DNA of 64,000 nt, taken from positions 4,847 to 68,846 of the forward strand of contig JBEDUI010000296.1 of NCBI GenBank assembly GCA_040414495.1, given 5' to 3'. Of the stretch, positions 19,661 to 30,185 are shown piece by piece (the first letter of the stretch is position 1; the number at the start of each line of letters is the position of its first letter). Under the pieces are notes generated by a model that was given only the letters and a program-made list of their open reading frames with translations, did no database searches and was not told where the DNA came from. The translations under genes were made by a program, and so were the position numbers. Source of the DNA: Mycobacteriales bacterium (GTDB lineage: Bacteria > Actinomycetota > Actinomycetes > Mycobacteriales > QHCD01).

Positions 19661-20656
19661 TCAGGAGGCCGATGAGTCCTCGGGCGCCTTGGCGGCCGGG
19701 TCGGTCCAGATGTGCACGCGGTTGTCGGCGCGCTTCTCCAGCCCACCGACCCCGGTCGCGGTGCTCAGAGCGTCGGCGTACGGCAGGTCGGCGTCAAGTC
19801 TGTGCAGCTCCTCGGCGAGCAGTTCGCCCAGGCCGCGGTCGGGCATCGGCACCGTGTTGCTGGCCGAACCGTGCTCGCCGCGATCGAGCTGCGCATGGCC
19901 GTCGTTGCCCCGGCGCAGTCGCAGCTCACCGTCGGCGCTGGTCGAAACCATGACCTCGGCCAGATCGCCGTCGCCGTTGCCGACCACGGGCACCTTCGTG
20001 CCTAACCGGCTGCCCAGCCATCCGGCCAGCAGCTGCGCGCTCGGGCTGTCGGCCGGACCGGAGACGCTGGCGCCGACGACATCGCTGTTGGAAGAGTCCA
20101 CCGCGGCCGCCAACTGGCTGCGCCACGGGGTGATCCGGGTCCAGCACAGGTCGGTGTCGCCGGGGGCGTAGTCCTCGGCCCGCCGACGCAGTGCCTCGCT
20201 CGGATTGGCAGCGCGGGCGCAGTCGGTGATCCGACGATCAGCGAATACGCCCAACGGGTCGTGCGCGATCAGGTCCGGCGGCTCGCCATGCCACCACGTC
20301 ACCACCGGTACGTCGGGGGCGAGCAGCGGCAGCGTGACCGACTCGGCGTGCAGCGCCAGCCGGCCGTACATCCGCAGCACGACCGCCTCGCCCGGACCCA
20401 GCCGACCGCCGATCAGCACCTCGGCGTCGAGCCGGGGGACCGGGGCGTCGACCTCACGACGTACGACGATCAGCAGTCGGCACGGGTGGTGCGAGGCGGC
20501 CATCGTCGCGGCGGCCTCGGCCTCCGGGACGTCGCGTTCGTTCACCACGACGACCAGGGTCAGCGCACAACCGGAGGTCATCGCGCCGCCGGTACGCCGC
20601 TCGGCGGACAACGCCTTGACCACTTCGGTGCCGGTCGTATCCCACAGCGTTGTCAT
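19661..20656 (-). CDS. opcA: glucose-6-phosphate dehydrogenase assembly protein OpcA
   Basis: MTTLWDTTGTEVVKALSAERR..CALTLVVVVNERD.. ATG 20656 chosen within track ORF 19661..20911. Confidence 0.9.
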   Translation of the reverse strand: MTTLWDTTGTEVVKALSAERRTGGAMTSGCALTLVVVVNERDVPEAEAAATMAASHHPCRLLIVVRREVDAPVPRLDAEVLIGGRLGPGEAVVLRMYGRLALHAESVTLPLLAPDVPVVTWWHGEPPDLIAHDPLGVFADRRITDCARAANPSEALRRRAEDYAPGDTDLCWTRITPWRSQLAAAVDSSNSDVVGASVSGPADSPSAQLLAGWLGSRLGTKVPVVGNGDGDLAEVMVSTSADGELRLRRGNDGHAQLDRGEHGSASNTVPMPDRGLGELLAEELHRLDADLPYADALSTATGVGGLEKRADNRVHIWTDPAAKAPEDSSAS

Positions 20657-20723
20657 GAGCTGGCCCCTCCGGTGTACGTCGCGACATTGCGAGTAGCGAA
20701 TGCGTGGTTGTCGGTACGGAAGT

Positions 20724-22262
20724 TCACGGCCGTCTCCACGCCCGCCCGTCGCGCGCCAGCATTTCGTCGGCAGCCTTGGGCCCCCACTCGCCAGCCCGGT
20801 AGAACTTCGGCTGCTGACCGGTCCAGAAATCCTCCAGCGGGTCGATGACCCGCCATGAGGCCTCGACCTCGTCGTTGCGCGGGAACAACGTCGCGTCGCC
20901 GAGCAGCACATCCAGCACGAGTCGCTCGTACGCCTCGGGGCTGGACTCGGTGAACGCCTCGCCGTAGAGGAAGTCCATCGCCACGTCCCGGACCTCCATC
21001 GTGCTGCCGGGAACCTTGGAGCCGAACTTCAGCGTGACGCCCTCGTCGGGCTGCACCCGGATCACCAGCTGGTTGTTGCCCAGCTCGGCGGTGTCGGTGA
21101 CGTCGAACGGCAGATGCGGCGCTTTCCGGAAGACCAACGCGATCTCGGTGACCCGGTGGGGTAGCCGCTTTCCGGTCCGCAGGTAGAACGGAACGCCGGC
21201 CCAGCGCCGGGTCTGCACACCGAGCCGTACCGCGGCGTAGGTCTCGGTCTTAGAGGTGGGCGGTACGTCCTTCTCCTGCCGGTAACCGGCTGCGCGCTCG
21301 CCGGCCAGCCAGCCCTGCTCATACTGACCGCGGATCGCGTACCGGCGCATGTCCTCCGGCAGGCTGATCGCGCGCAGAATCTTCAACTTCTCGGTACGCA
21401 GCGCATCGGCGGAGAACTCGACCGGCTCCTCCATCGCGGTGAGCGCGAGCAGCTGCAGCAGGTGGTTCTGCAACACATCCCGGGCCGCGCCAGTCCGGTC
21501 GTAGAAACCGGCCCGGGTGCCGATGCCGACGTCCTCGGCCATGGTGATCTGCACGGAGTCGACGTAATTGGAATTCCACACCGGCTCGAAGAGCATGTTG
21601 GCGAACCGCAGCGCCAACAGGTTCTGCACGGTCTCCTTGCCGAGGTAGTGGTCGATCCGGAAGACGTCGTTGGCGGTGAACACCTCGTCCACGAGCTGGT
21701 TCAGCTCGCGACCGCTCTCCAGATCGTGGCCGAACGGCTTCTCGACCACGACCCGGCGCCAGCCGCCTGACGCCTCGTTGTTGCTCATTCCGGTGCGCTG
21801 CATCTGCTTGAGCACGGTCGGGAACATCGCCGGCGGGATGGACAAATAGAACGCCGCGTTGCCCCGGATGCCATGCGACTCGGACAGGTCGTTCAGTGTC
21901 TGGGCAAGCGTGTCGAACGCCTCGTCGTCGTCGAACGAGCCCGGCACGAACTTCACGTTGCCGATCAGTCGGGCCCAGGTCTCCTCGCGCCACGGCGTAC
22001 GGGCGTGCTCGCGAGCCGCCTGCTTGGCCAGGGCCTCGAAGTCACCGTGGTCCCAGTCGCGCCGGGCGAATCCGAGCAGTACGAAATCGGTGGGCAACAG
22101 GCCGCGGTTGGCCAGGTCGTAGACGGCCGGAAGCAGCTTTTTACGCGCCAGATCTCCGGTCACGCCGAAGACGACCAGGGCACACGGCTCCGGGATCCGC
22201 GGCAGCCGTCGGTCCCGTGAGTCGCGCAGCGGATTACGGCGGCGCGCGAGGCTCCCGGTCAT
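20724..22262 (-). CDS. zwf: glucose-6-phosphate dehydrogenase
   Basis: ..LVVFGVTGDLARKKLLPAVYDL.., RIDHYLGKE, ..EKPFGHD.. The start is likely ATG 22262 (MTGSLARRRNPLRD); the track start is 22301. Confidence 0.95.
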   Translation of the reverse strand: MTGSLARRRNPLRDSRDRRLPRIPEPCALVVFGVTGDLARKKLLPAVYDLANRGLLPTDFVLLGFARRDWDHGDFEALAKQAAREHARTPWREETWARLIGNVKFVPGSFDDDEAFDTLAQTLNDLSESHGIRGNAAFYLSIPPAMFPTVLKQMQRTGMSNNEASGGWRRVVVEKPFGHDLESGRELNQLVDEVFTANDVFRIDHYLGKETVQNLLALRFANMLFEPVWNSNYVDSVQITMAEDVGIGTRAGFYDRTGAARDVLQNHLLQLLALTAMEEPVEFSADALRTEKLKILRAISLPEDMRRYAIRGQYEQGWLAGERAAGYRQEKDVPPTSKTETYAAVRLGVQTRRWAGVPFYLRTGKRLPHRVTEIALVFRKAPHLPFDVTDTAELGNNQLVIRVQPDEGVTLKFGSKVPGSTMEVRDVAMDFLYGEAFTESSPEAYERLVLDVLLGDATLFPRNDEVEASWRVIDPLEDFWTGQQPKFYRAGEWGPKAADEMLARDGRAWRRP

Positions 22263-22302
22263 GATCCGGCCCGCTCGACGAGCACGTTGCCGGCTTGACA
22301 AG

Positions 22303-23919
22303 TCACGAGATTGCCTCCATCAGCTGGCCGAGGCCAGCAGCACGATCGGTCAGGTGCAGGTGTAACACGGGACGACCCTTGGCCGCGATCACCGCTGCGT
22401 CGCCCGCCGCCTGCGCCGCCTGCAGCACCCCGAAGGTGTACGGACGGTCGGGGATGTCGAGATCCTCGCTGACGGCACCGGTGATCTGGATGAAGCCGCC
22501 GTTCGGGTGGCCACCCTTGTGGTACTGCCCGGTGGAGTGCAGAAACCGCGGTCCGAAGCCGAATGTCGTCTGCAGCCCGGTCGAGCGGGCCACCTCGGCC
22601 CGCAGATCGGCGGCCGACGCCTCGGCGTGCCGGTTGAGGTAGGCCTGGATGGACAGGTATCCGGCCGGCGGCGCGAGGTTGCGCAGCCCGTTGACCACCT
22701 CGGTGAGCGTGTGCGCACCTCGGAGCACCGTCTCGTCGCCGTACACCTCGACCGCGCCATCCACGAAGGCGGGCTTGGGTGCCTCGGACGAGCCAGAGGA
22801 ATCCAGCAGCGAGCGCGCCTGTGCCTTGGCTTCCTCCACATTGGGCTGGTCGAACGGGTTGATGCCGATGATCCGGCCGGCCACCGCGATCGCGTACTCC
22901 CAGACCAGGAAGGCCGCGCCGAGTGGGTACCGGATGCTGGCGCCGTACCCGGATGGGGCCGGGTTCGCGGAGGCGTCTTCCGGACCGAGCACCACCAGAA
23001 TCGCGTCCTGACCGGCGTCGGCGAAACCGGGTGCTCCGACGCCTTCCACGACGACCGGCAACAGACCCTTGCCGTTCTTGCCGGTCGACTCGGCGATCAG
23101 CTGCTCGACCCAGTCACCGAACCCGGCGATGCCCGACCCGGTGTCGGCGAGCACGACCTTCTCCGAACCGGCGTTATGGGCCAGGCCCAGGACCGCGCCC
23201 AACCCGAGACCGGGATTCCCGGCCGCGTCCTCGCTCAGCGCACCGCTGACCGATTCGGCCTCGTCCAACAGCGCGCCGATGTCTGCGCCCGCCAGTCCGG
23301 CCGGAACCAGCCCGAAGGCGGTCAGCGCGCTGTAGCGACCGCCGACGTTCGGGTCGGCCAGGAACACCTTGCGGTAGCCGGCGTCGCGGGCCAACTTCTC
23401 CAGGGGCGAACCCGGGTCGGTGACGACGACCATCCGGCTGGCGGCGTCGATACCGGCGTCGGTGAACGCTTTCTCGTAGGCCCGGCGGTGCGAATCGGTC
23501 TCGACCGTGCCGCCGGACTTGCTGGAGACCACGAGCACGGTGCGCTCCAGCCGGTCGCCCAGCGCCGCCCGGACCTGGCCAGCATCGGTGGTGTCGAGGA
23601 TGACCAACTCGACCCCCGCGGTCGTGGTGATCACCTCCGGCGCCAGCGAGCTGCCGCCCATCCCGGTCAGCACGATGTGGTCGATGTCCTCGGCCAGCAA
23701 CTGCTCACGCAGCGCGCTGATCTCGGCGACCAGCGGCCTGGAGGACTCGGCCAGACCGACCCAGGAGAGTCGGATCGAGGCCTCGTGCTCCGCATCAGGA
23801 CCCCACAGCGTCGGGTCCTGCGCGGTGATCTTGCTCGCCACCTTGTCCGCGACCAACGTGTCAACGGTGGCGCTGAAGTTGCTCTGCGGCGGGTAGCTCA
23901 GCGCGAGGTCACCGCTCAT
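22303..23919 (-). CDS. pgi: glucose-6-phosphate isomerase
   Basis: 538 aa, actinobacterial PGI pattern (..[14 protein letters not shown].., ..[11 protein letters not shown].., ..GGRYSALT..). The start overlaps the tal stop by 4 bp. Confidence 0.9.
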   Translation of the reverse strand: MSGDLALSYPPQSNFSATVDTLVADKVASKITAQDPTLWGPDAEHEASIRLSWVGLAESSRPLVAEISALREQLLAEDIDHIVLTGMGGSSLAPEVITTTAGVELVILDTTDAGQVRAALGDRLERTVLVVSSKSGGTVETDSHRRAYEKAFTDAGIDAASRMVVVTDPGSPLEKLARDAGYRKVFLADPNVGGRYSALTAFGLVPAGLAGADIGALLDEAESVSGALSEDAAGNPGLGLGAVLGLAHNAGSEKVVLADTGSGIAGFGDWVEQLIAESTGKNGKGLLPVVVEGVGAPGFADAGQDAILVVLGPEDASANPAPSGYGASIRYPLGAAFLVWEYAIAVAGRIIGINPFDQPNVEEAKAQARSLLDSSGSSEAPKPAFVDGAVEVYGDETVLRGAHTLTEVVNGLRNLAPPAGYLSIQAYLNRHAEASAADLRAEVARSTGLQTTFGFGPRFLHSTGQYHKGGHPNGGFIQITGAVSEDLDIPDRPYTFGVLQAAQAAGDAAVIAAKGRPVLHLHLTDRAAGLGQLMEAIS

Positions 23920-25022
23920 TTCGCGGCGCCCTTCAGCTGCGTGGCGACGGTGTCCAGCAGGTGTTTCCAGGATTCGTCGAACTTGGCCACGCCCTCGTCC
24001 TCAAGGACCTGAACGACGTCGTCGTAGTCGACCCCGACCTCTGCCAACGCATCGAGCTGCTGCTGGGCCCGGGCGTAGTTGCCAGTAATCGTGTCGCCCT
24101 CAAGCTTGCCGTGATCGGCGACCGCGTCCATCGTGGCCTCGGGCATGGTGTTGACGATGCCGGGGGCAACCAGATCGACCACATACCGCGTGTCGTCGTA
24201 GGCCGGGTTCTTCACGCCGGTCGATGCCCACAGTGGACGTTGCGGGGCGGCTCCGGCGGCGGCCAGCGCCTTCCACCGGTCCGTGGAGAACGCCTTCTCA
24301 TACCGCTGGTAGGCGAGCCGGGCGTTGGCGATCGCGGATGTGCCGAGCAGCGCCTTGGCCGCTTCGCTGCCGATCTTCTCCAGCCGCTTGTCGACCTCGG
24401 TGTCGACCCGGGAGACGAAGAACGAGGCGACCGATGCGAGCTGGGACAGGTCGTGGCCGTTGGCCTTGGCCTGCTCCAGGCCGCTCATGAACGCGTCCAT
24501 CACGGCGTCGTACCGATCGAGCGAGAAGATCAGCGTCACGTTGACGCTGACCCCGGCCGCGAGGGTCTCGGTGATCGCCGGCAGACCTTCCTTCGTCGCC
24601 GGAATCTTGATGTAGACGTTGGGCCGGTCGACCAACCACCACAGGGCCTTGGCCTCGGCCACCGTCTTGGCGGTGTCGTGCGCCAGCCGCGGGTCGACCT
24701 CGATCGAGATGCGCCCGTCGCCGTTGGTCCGTTCGTAGATCGGGCGCAGTACGTCGGCGGCGGCGCGGACGTCGGTCGTGGTGATGGAACGGACCGCTTC
24801 CTCCAGCGCTACCTCGCGCAGCGCCAGATCACGGGTCTGTTCGTCGTAAGCGTCGCCCTTGTCCAATGCATTGGCGAAGATTGTGGGGTTGGTCGTCGCG
24901 CCGACAACGTGCTTGTCCTTGATCAGCGCGGCGAAGCTGCCGCTACGCAGCCGCTCCCGGGACATGTCATCGAGCCATACCGCCACACCAGCAGCGGACA
25001 GTTCGGCGAGAACGTCAGTCAT
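23916..25022 (-). CDS. tal: transaldolase
   Basis: 368 aa: ..[32 protein letters not shown].. Confidence 0.95.
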   Translation of the reverse strand: MTDVLAELSAAGVAVWLDDMSRERLRSGSFAALIKDKHVVGATTNPTIFANALDKGDAYDEQTRDLALREVALEEAVRSITTTDVRAAADVLRPIYERTNGDGRISIEVDPRLAHDTAKTVAEAKALWWLVDRPNVYIKIPATKEGLPAITETLAAGVSVNVTLIFSLDRYDAVMDAFMSGLEQAKANGHDLSQLASVASFFVSRVDTEVDKRLEKIGSEAAKALLGTSAIANARLAYQRYEKAFSTDRWKALAAAGAAPQRPLWASTGVKNPAYDDTRYVVDLVAPGIVNTMPEATMDAVADHGKLEGDTITGNYARAQQQLDALAEVGVDYDDVVQVLEDEGVAKFDESWKHLLDTVATQLKGAAK

Positions 25023-25057
25023 CTATTGCCTCCCATGAAGAACGAGCGATAACCGAA

Positions 25058-27178
25058 TCAGCTGCCTGTGGTGTTACCCGTCTGGGCGCGAACCTTGTCA
25101 AGGCTGGCGTGTGCCGCTGCGACGACGCGGTCGACGGTGAAGCCGAACTGTTCGTAGAGCGTCGCGTAGGCCGCGCTGGCGCCGTAGTGCTCGAGGCTGA
25201 CGGTCTCGCCGGCCTCGCCGACGAAGTCGCGCCAGCCCTGGGCGATGGCGGCCTCGACGCTGACCCGGGCCTTGACGTTCGGCGGCAGAACCTGCTGCCG
25301 GTACGCGTCGTCCTGCTCGTTGAACCACTCGACGCACGGCATGGACACCACACTTGTGGCAACCCCATCGGCCTCCAGAGCCTTCCGCGCCTGAACTGCG
25401 AGTTGGACCTCAGAGCCCGTGGCGATGATGATCACCGCCGGCGTGCCGCCGGTCGCCGGTGCCAGCACGTAACCGCCCTTGGCGACGCCGTCGGCCGAGG
25501 CGTACTCGGAGCGGTCGAACGTCGGCAGATTCTGCCGGGACAGGGCCAATCCGGCCGGACGGTCGGTGTGCTCCAGGACGGTCCGCCAGGCGACCGCGGT
25601 CTCGTTGGCGTCGGCCGGGCGCACCACGTCCAGGCCCGGGATCGCCCGCAGCGCGGCCAGATGCTCCACCGGCTGGTGGGTCGGGCCGTCCTCGCCGAGA
25701 CCGATCGAGTCGTGCGTCCAGACATAGGTCACCGGCAGCTTCATCAGGGCCGCGAGCCGAACCGCCGGGCGCATGTAATCGGAGAAGACCAGGAACGTGC
25801 CACCGTACGGCCGGGTCCCGCCGTGCAGCGCGATTCCGTTGAGGATCGAGGCCATCGCGTGCTCGCGGATGCCGAAGTGCAGCGTGCGTCCGTACGGGCC
25901 GCCGGGGAACTCCTTGGTCTGGCGCTCGGGCGGCACGAACGACGGTTCGCCCTTCATCGTCGTGTTGTTCGACCCGGCCAGGTCGGCCGATCCGCCCCAG
26001 ATCTCGGGGAACGGGATGAGGCTCTTGAGCACCGCCTCGGAGGCTTTACGAGTGGCGATGCCCTTCTCGTCGGCCGGGAAGGTCGGGAGGCTCTCGGCCC
26101 AACCGGCGGGCAGCCGCCGCTCACGCAGCCGGTCGTGGAGCTCCTTGGCCGCCGGGTTGGCCTGGGCCCAGGCGTCGTACCGCTGCTGCCAGTCGGCGTG
26201 CGCCTGCCGGCCGCGGTCGAGTACCTCGCGGGCGCGGGCCAGCACCTTGGGGTCAACGTCGAACTGCTGCTCCGGATCGAAACCGAGCACCGTCTTGGTA
26301 GCGGCGACCTCATCGGCGCCGAGGGCCGAGCCGTGCGAGGCGCCGGTGTTCTGAGCGTTCGGTGCTGGCCAGGCGATGATCGTGCGCAGCTTGATGATCG
26401 AGGGGCGGTTGGTCTCCGCGCGTGCCGTTTCGTAGGCGTGCTCGAGCGCGGCGACGTTCTCCACGTACGAGCCGTCGTCGCCGACCCAGTCAACGGCCTG
26501 GGTATGCCAGCCGTACGCCTCGTACCGCTTGAGCACATCCTCGGAGAACGCGACGTTCGTGTCGTCCTCGATCGAGATCCGGTTGTCGTCGTAGAGCAGG
26601 ATCAGATTGCCCAGCTGCTGGTGGCCGGCGAGCGAGCTTGCCTCGCTGGAAATGCCTTCTTCGAGGTCGCCGTCGGAGGCGATCACGTAGATGTGGTGGT
26701 CGAACGGGCTCGTCCCGGCCGGCGCGTCCGGGTCAAGCAGGCCGCGCTCACGGCGCGCCGCCATCGCCATGCCAACCGCGTTGGCGATGCCCTGACCGAG
26801 TGGGCCAGTGGTGGTCTCGACACCGGCGGTGTGCCCATGCTCGGGATGGCCCGGGGTCAATGAACCCCAGGTGCGCAGCGCCTTGATGTCCTCAAGCTGC
26901 AGGCCATAGCCAGAGAGAAAGAGCTGTAGATACAAGGTCAGGCTCGAGTGCCCGGCGGACAACACGAAACGGTCCCGACCGGTCCAGTCGGGATCGCTGG
27001 GATCGTGTCGCATGATCTGCTGGTAGAGCAGGTATGCCGCTGGTGCCAGGCTCATCGCTGTGCCAGGGTGCCCGTTGCCGGTTTTCTGCACGGCATCCAT
27101 GGCGAGGACCCGGATTGTGTCGACAGCCTTCCGGTCCTCGTCGGTCCAGCTGGCGGGATATATGTCGGTATTCGTCAC
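25058..27178 (-). CDS. tkt: transketolase
   Basis: VTNTDIYPASWTDEDRKAVDTIRVLAMDAVQKTGNGHPGTAMSLAP.. GTG 27178 with gaggag RBS 9 nt upstream. The 1147-aa track ORF is an artefactual 5' extension. Confidence 0.95.
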   Translation of the reverse strand: MTNTDIYPASWTDEDRKAVDTIRVLAMDAVQKTGNGHPGTAMSLAPAAYLLYQQIMRHDPSDPDWTGRDRFVLSAGHSSLTLYLQLFLSGYGLQLEDIKALRTWGSLTPGHPEHGHTAGVETTTGPLGQGIANAVGMAMAARRERGLLDPDAPAGTSPFDHHIYVIASDGDLEEGISSEASSLAGHQQLGNLILLYDDNRISIEDDTNVAFSEDVLKRYEAYGWHTQAVDWVGDDGSYVENVAALEHAYETARAETNRPSIIKLRTIIAWPAPNAQNTGASHGSALGADEVAATKTVLGFDPEQQFDVDPKVLARAREVLDRGRQAHADWQQRYDAWAQANPAAKELHDRLRERRLPAGWAESLPTFPADEKGIATRKASEAVLKSLIPFPEIWGGSADLAGSNNTTMKGEPSFVPPERQTKEFPGGPYGRTLHFGIREHAMASILNGIALHGGTRPYGGTFLVFSDYMRPAVRLAALMKLPVTYVWTHDSIGLGEDGPTHQPVEHLAALRAIPGLDVVRPADANETAVAWRTVLEHTDRPAGLALSRQNLPTFDRSEYASADGVAKGGYVLAPATGGTPAVIIIATGSEVQLAVQARKALEADGVATSVVSMPCVEWFNEQDDAYRQQVLPPNVKARVSVEAAIAQGWRDFVGEAGETVSLEHYGASAAYATLYEQFGFTVDRVVAAAHASLDKVRAQTGNTTGS

Positions 27179-27502
27179 CCGTGCGCGCTCCTCGCAGGAC
27201 AGGCTCGGCCGCTGCGCCCGAACCAGTCGCAGGACCGTGCGTGATAACGGCTCCCACCCTAGCCCCGGCGCTAACGGCACAGCAGGAAGCCTGTGGACGA
27301 GCCATATGGGCGTGTGGATGTTCGCTGTTCGTACAACTGGCGTTGGCCCGTCTGCTGACCCGAGGCAACCGGCGAGCACCCCGGGCCAGGATGCACGCAA
27401 GCCCGCGTCTACAGTTGGATCCGCGCGGCGGGTGTGTCGCGCTGCCCGGATCATGAGTGACAGCGGCTGGGGTGCTCGTTTCGTGTTGTCTTCGGTTAGC
27501 GG

Positions 27503-28420
27503 TTGTCGGCGGACGTGACTGCCTACACCCCGGTGGCACCGCGCAGTGTCGGCTCGGTGCTGCGGGCCTATCTCGCGCTGACCAAGCCCCGCATCATCGA
27601 GCTGCTGCTGGTCACGACGGTGCCGACCATGCTGTTGGCGGCTCGAGGCCTGCCGCGGTGGACGGTCGTGGTGGCGACCCTGATCGGCGGCATGTTGGCC
27701 GCTGGCAGTGCGAACGCGCTCAACTGCTACGTCGACCGGGACATCGACCAGGTCATGCACCGCACCCAGCGGCGTCCGCTGGCCAAGCAATCGGTCTCGC
27801 CGCGTAATGCGCTGATCTTCGGCATCGCACTGGGCGTGCTCGCCACGGCCTGGCTCGCGGTCACCACGAATGTGCTCTCGGCCGGCCTGGCCGACGCGAC
27901 CATTCTGTTCTACGTCTTTGTCTATTCGATGGGCCTCAAACGCCGCACCTCGCAGAACGTCGTCTGGGGCGGCGCGGCCGGATGTATGCCGGCACTGATC
28001 GGCTGGTCGACCGTCACCGGCACGGTGTCGTGGGCCGCCGCGACGTTGTTCCTGGTCATCTTTTTCTGGACTCCGCCGCACACCTGGGCGCTGGGCATGC
28101 GCTTCCGTGAGGACTACGCGCGGGCCGGGGTACCGATGCTGCCCGCGGTCGCGCCGGCCACCGTGGTTGCTAACCGCATCGTCTTCTACACCTGGCTGAT
28201 GATCGCCTCGTCGCTGGTGCTGTGGCCGTTGGCTACCGGCTGGATTTACGGCGCGGCGGCCATCGCGCTGGGTGTGGTTTTCCTGGGGTACGCGTACCGC
28301 CTGCGGTCGCAGGTTCGCGGCGGCGGCAAGGTCAAGCCGCTGGCGTTGTTCAAGTGGTCGAATACGTACCTGTCGTTGCTGTTTCTCGCTGTCGCGGTCG
28401 ACGCGCTCGTGCTGCACTGA
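27503..28420 (+). CDS. ctaB: protoheme IX farnesyltransferase (heme O synthase)
   Basis: ..YLALTKPRIIELLLVTT..NCYVDRDID..MHRT..RPL..; polytopic membrane protein. Start is TTG 27503 or GTG 27515. Confidence 0.9.
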   Translation: MSADVTAYTPVAPRSVGSVLRAYLALTKPRIIELLLVTTVPTMLLAARGLPRWTVVVATLIGGMLAAGSANALNCYVDRDIDQVMHRTQRRPLAKQSVSPRNALIFGIALGVLATAWLAVTTNVLSAGLADATILFYVFVYSMGLKRRTSQNVVWGGAAGCMPALIGWSTVTGTVSWAAATLFLVIFFWTPPHTWALGMRFREDYARAGVPMLPAVAPATVVANRIVFYTWLMIASSLVLWPLATGWIYGAAAIALGVVFLGYAYRLRSQVRGGGKVKPLALFKWSNTYLSLLFLAVAVDALVLH

Positions 28421-28577
28421 TAGCTGCCTTTTACCCCTTCTTTCCGCATCGCTCCGTTGGAGGAGTAGCGCGAAGATCAAGCCTCCCCTAAACGAGAGCA
28501 CCGCTCTTGCTTCTGCGGCAATGGCCCACTAATGTCTGTCGTAACAGAGAGCAGTGCTCACGGAACGGGAGAATCCA

Positions 28578-29039
28578 ATGAGCAACGCACCGCACTACCG
28601 TCGCCCCGGTCAGATCCAGCAGCGCATTCTCAACCCGTGGGTGGCCTGGATGACCCGTCACGGCATGTCGTTGTGGGGGTCGCGGATCCTGCAGGTCGCC
28701 GGCCGCAGCAGCGGCGAGCCGCGCCGCACGCCGGTGAACGTCCTGACCGTGGACAAGCAGCGGTACCTGGTCTCGGCCCGGGGTCATGGGCAATGGGTGC
28801 GCAACCTGCGGGCCGCCGGCAAGGGGGAGTTGCTGCTGGGTCGTCGGGTCGAGCACTTCGCCGCCCAGGAGTTGTCCGACGAGGACAAGCCGGCGGTGCT
28901 GCGGGCCTACCTGGAGCGGTGGAAGTGGGAAGTTGGCGCGTTCTTCGACGGTGTCGGGCCGACAGCATCTGACGCCCAGCTGCTCGAGATCGCCGGGCGG
29001 CACCCGGTATTCCGCATCGTCGAGGTCGACGACCGCTGA
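28578..29039 (+). CDS. deazaflavin (F420)-dependent nitroreductase family protein (DUF385/Ddn-like)
   Basis: ..RRPGQIQQRILNPWVAWMTRHG..RILQVAGRSSGEPRRTPVNVL..YLVSARGHGQWVRNLRAAG.. ATG 28578. Confidence 0.75.
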   Translation: MSNAPHYRRPGQIQQRILNPWVAWMTRHGMSLWGSRILQVAGRSSGEPRRTPVNVLTVDKQRYLVSARGHGQWVRNLRAAGKGELLLGRRVEHFAAQELSDEDKPAVLRAYLERWKWEVGAFFDGVGPTASDAQLLEIAGRHPVFRIVEVDDR

Positions 29040-29400
29040 GGCTGTCTGTCCTCAATGGACTATTGGTTGTGCTGATCGTGAAATTGGTTGCTGGCTTTCG
29101 GCGCTGCACAGCAGACTTCGCGGCGTGGGCAGTGACATTCGCGCGAGCGGCGGACATTTTCCCCGTACGGAAATCGGAAACGATCGGGCGGATATCGACC
29201 GTTGGCTTCGTGGCTGCCCGATCGAAGTGGCACTGCCGTAAATGCGATCACGAACAGGAGACCGGGTGTCCGCTGGCGATGTGGACTACGACCGCCACGG
29301 TCTTGATTACGCCAGCAGGCGTCGGACGGATCCGTGGATAGCGGCGGCGCTCGGGCCGGCCCCGTACGGTACTGAACGTCGGTCAGCTGTGAGCGAAATT

Positions 29401-29430
29401 TGCGCGCCACGCATTTCTGCGTGGCGCGCA
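29401..29430. promoter_or_regulatory. perfect 13-bp inverted repeat, candidate TetR operator
   Basis: TGCGCGCCACGCA-tttc-TGCGTGGCGCGCA lies 20 bp upstream of the TetR ATG. TACAGT at 29438-29443 sits 7 nt before ATG 29450, implying a leaderless transcript with the palindrome over the -35 region. Confidence 0.5.
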
Positions 29431-29449
29431 GTTTGGGTACAGTGTCCGC

Positions 29450-30088
29450 ATGGTGACCGGCGTCGAGTGCACCCAGCAGCGGATAGAACGGCCCGGCCTG
29501 CGCGAGCGCAAGAAACGCGAGACGCGCGAGGCGATCAGCGTGGCCGCATTGCGGCTGGCGTTGGAGCGCGGGCTGGACAACGTCCGGGTCGACGACATCG
29601 CCGAGGCGGCCGGAGTCTCCCCGCGGACGTACAACAACTATTTCTCCAGCCGGGAAGAGGCGATCTGTGCGCTACGGCTGGAACGCGCGAAGGAAATGGG
29701 CGCGGCACTGGCCGGACGTCCATCGGACGAACCGCTCGATCAGGCCATAATCAACGCAATGATCGCAATGCACGGCGGCGCCCAGCCGGAGAAGGAGACG
29801 CTCCGGCTGATTCTGCATTCGCCGGCGTTGCGGGCGGAATTTCTCAAGAACATGGCCGAGGTCGAGCAACCTCTGATCAACGCGATCGCACAACGCATTG
29901 GTGCCGACCCGGATCGGGATTTGTTTCCGCGATTGTTGGCGACAATTGTCTTCAGCGCGATTCGGGCCGCGACCGAGCAGTGGCTGCGACCGGAGACCAC
30001 CGAGCCGTTGGGCACCTTGGTAGGGCAGGCGCTGGCGTACGTCGCGCCGGCGGCGGCCGCGTACGAACGAGAAGTGCCGGCCCGATGA
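29450..30088 (+). CDS. TetR/AcrR family transcriptional regulator
   Basis: ..RERKKRETREAISVAALRLALERGLDNVRVDDIAEAAGVSPRTYNNYFSSREEA.. Confidence 0.85.
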   Translation: MVTGVECTQQRIERPGLRERKKRETREAISVAALRLALERGLDNVRVDDIAEAAGVSPRTYNNYFSSREEAICALRLERAKEMGAALAGRPSDEPLDQAIINAMIAMHGGAQPEKETLRLILHSPALRAEFLKNMAEVEQPLINAIAQRIGADPDRDLFPRLLATIVFSAIRAATEQWLRPETTEPLGTLVGQALAYVAPAAAAYEREVPAR

Positions 30089-30185
30089 GCAGAATTCTCG
30101 ATATGTCCTGCGCACCGCCGAATATCCGTCGACGTATCCGGAGCGCCCCGGCGACCAGTTGCGTCCCCGACCCGAGAGGGTTGCC

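Noticed and set aside
25058-28501. 1147-aa minus-strand ORF suggesting a giant transketolase fusion
   Set aside because: Transketolase homology begins at VTNTDIYPASW (GTG 27178, gaggag RBS). The upstream 440 codons are Arg/Pro/Gly-rich nonsense lying antisense to ctaB, a stop-free artefact of high GC.
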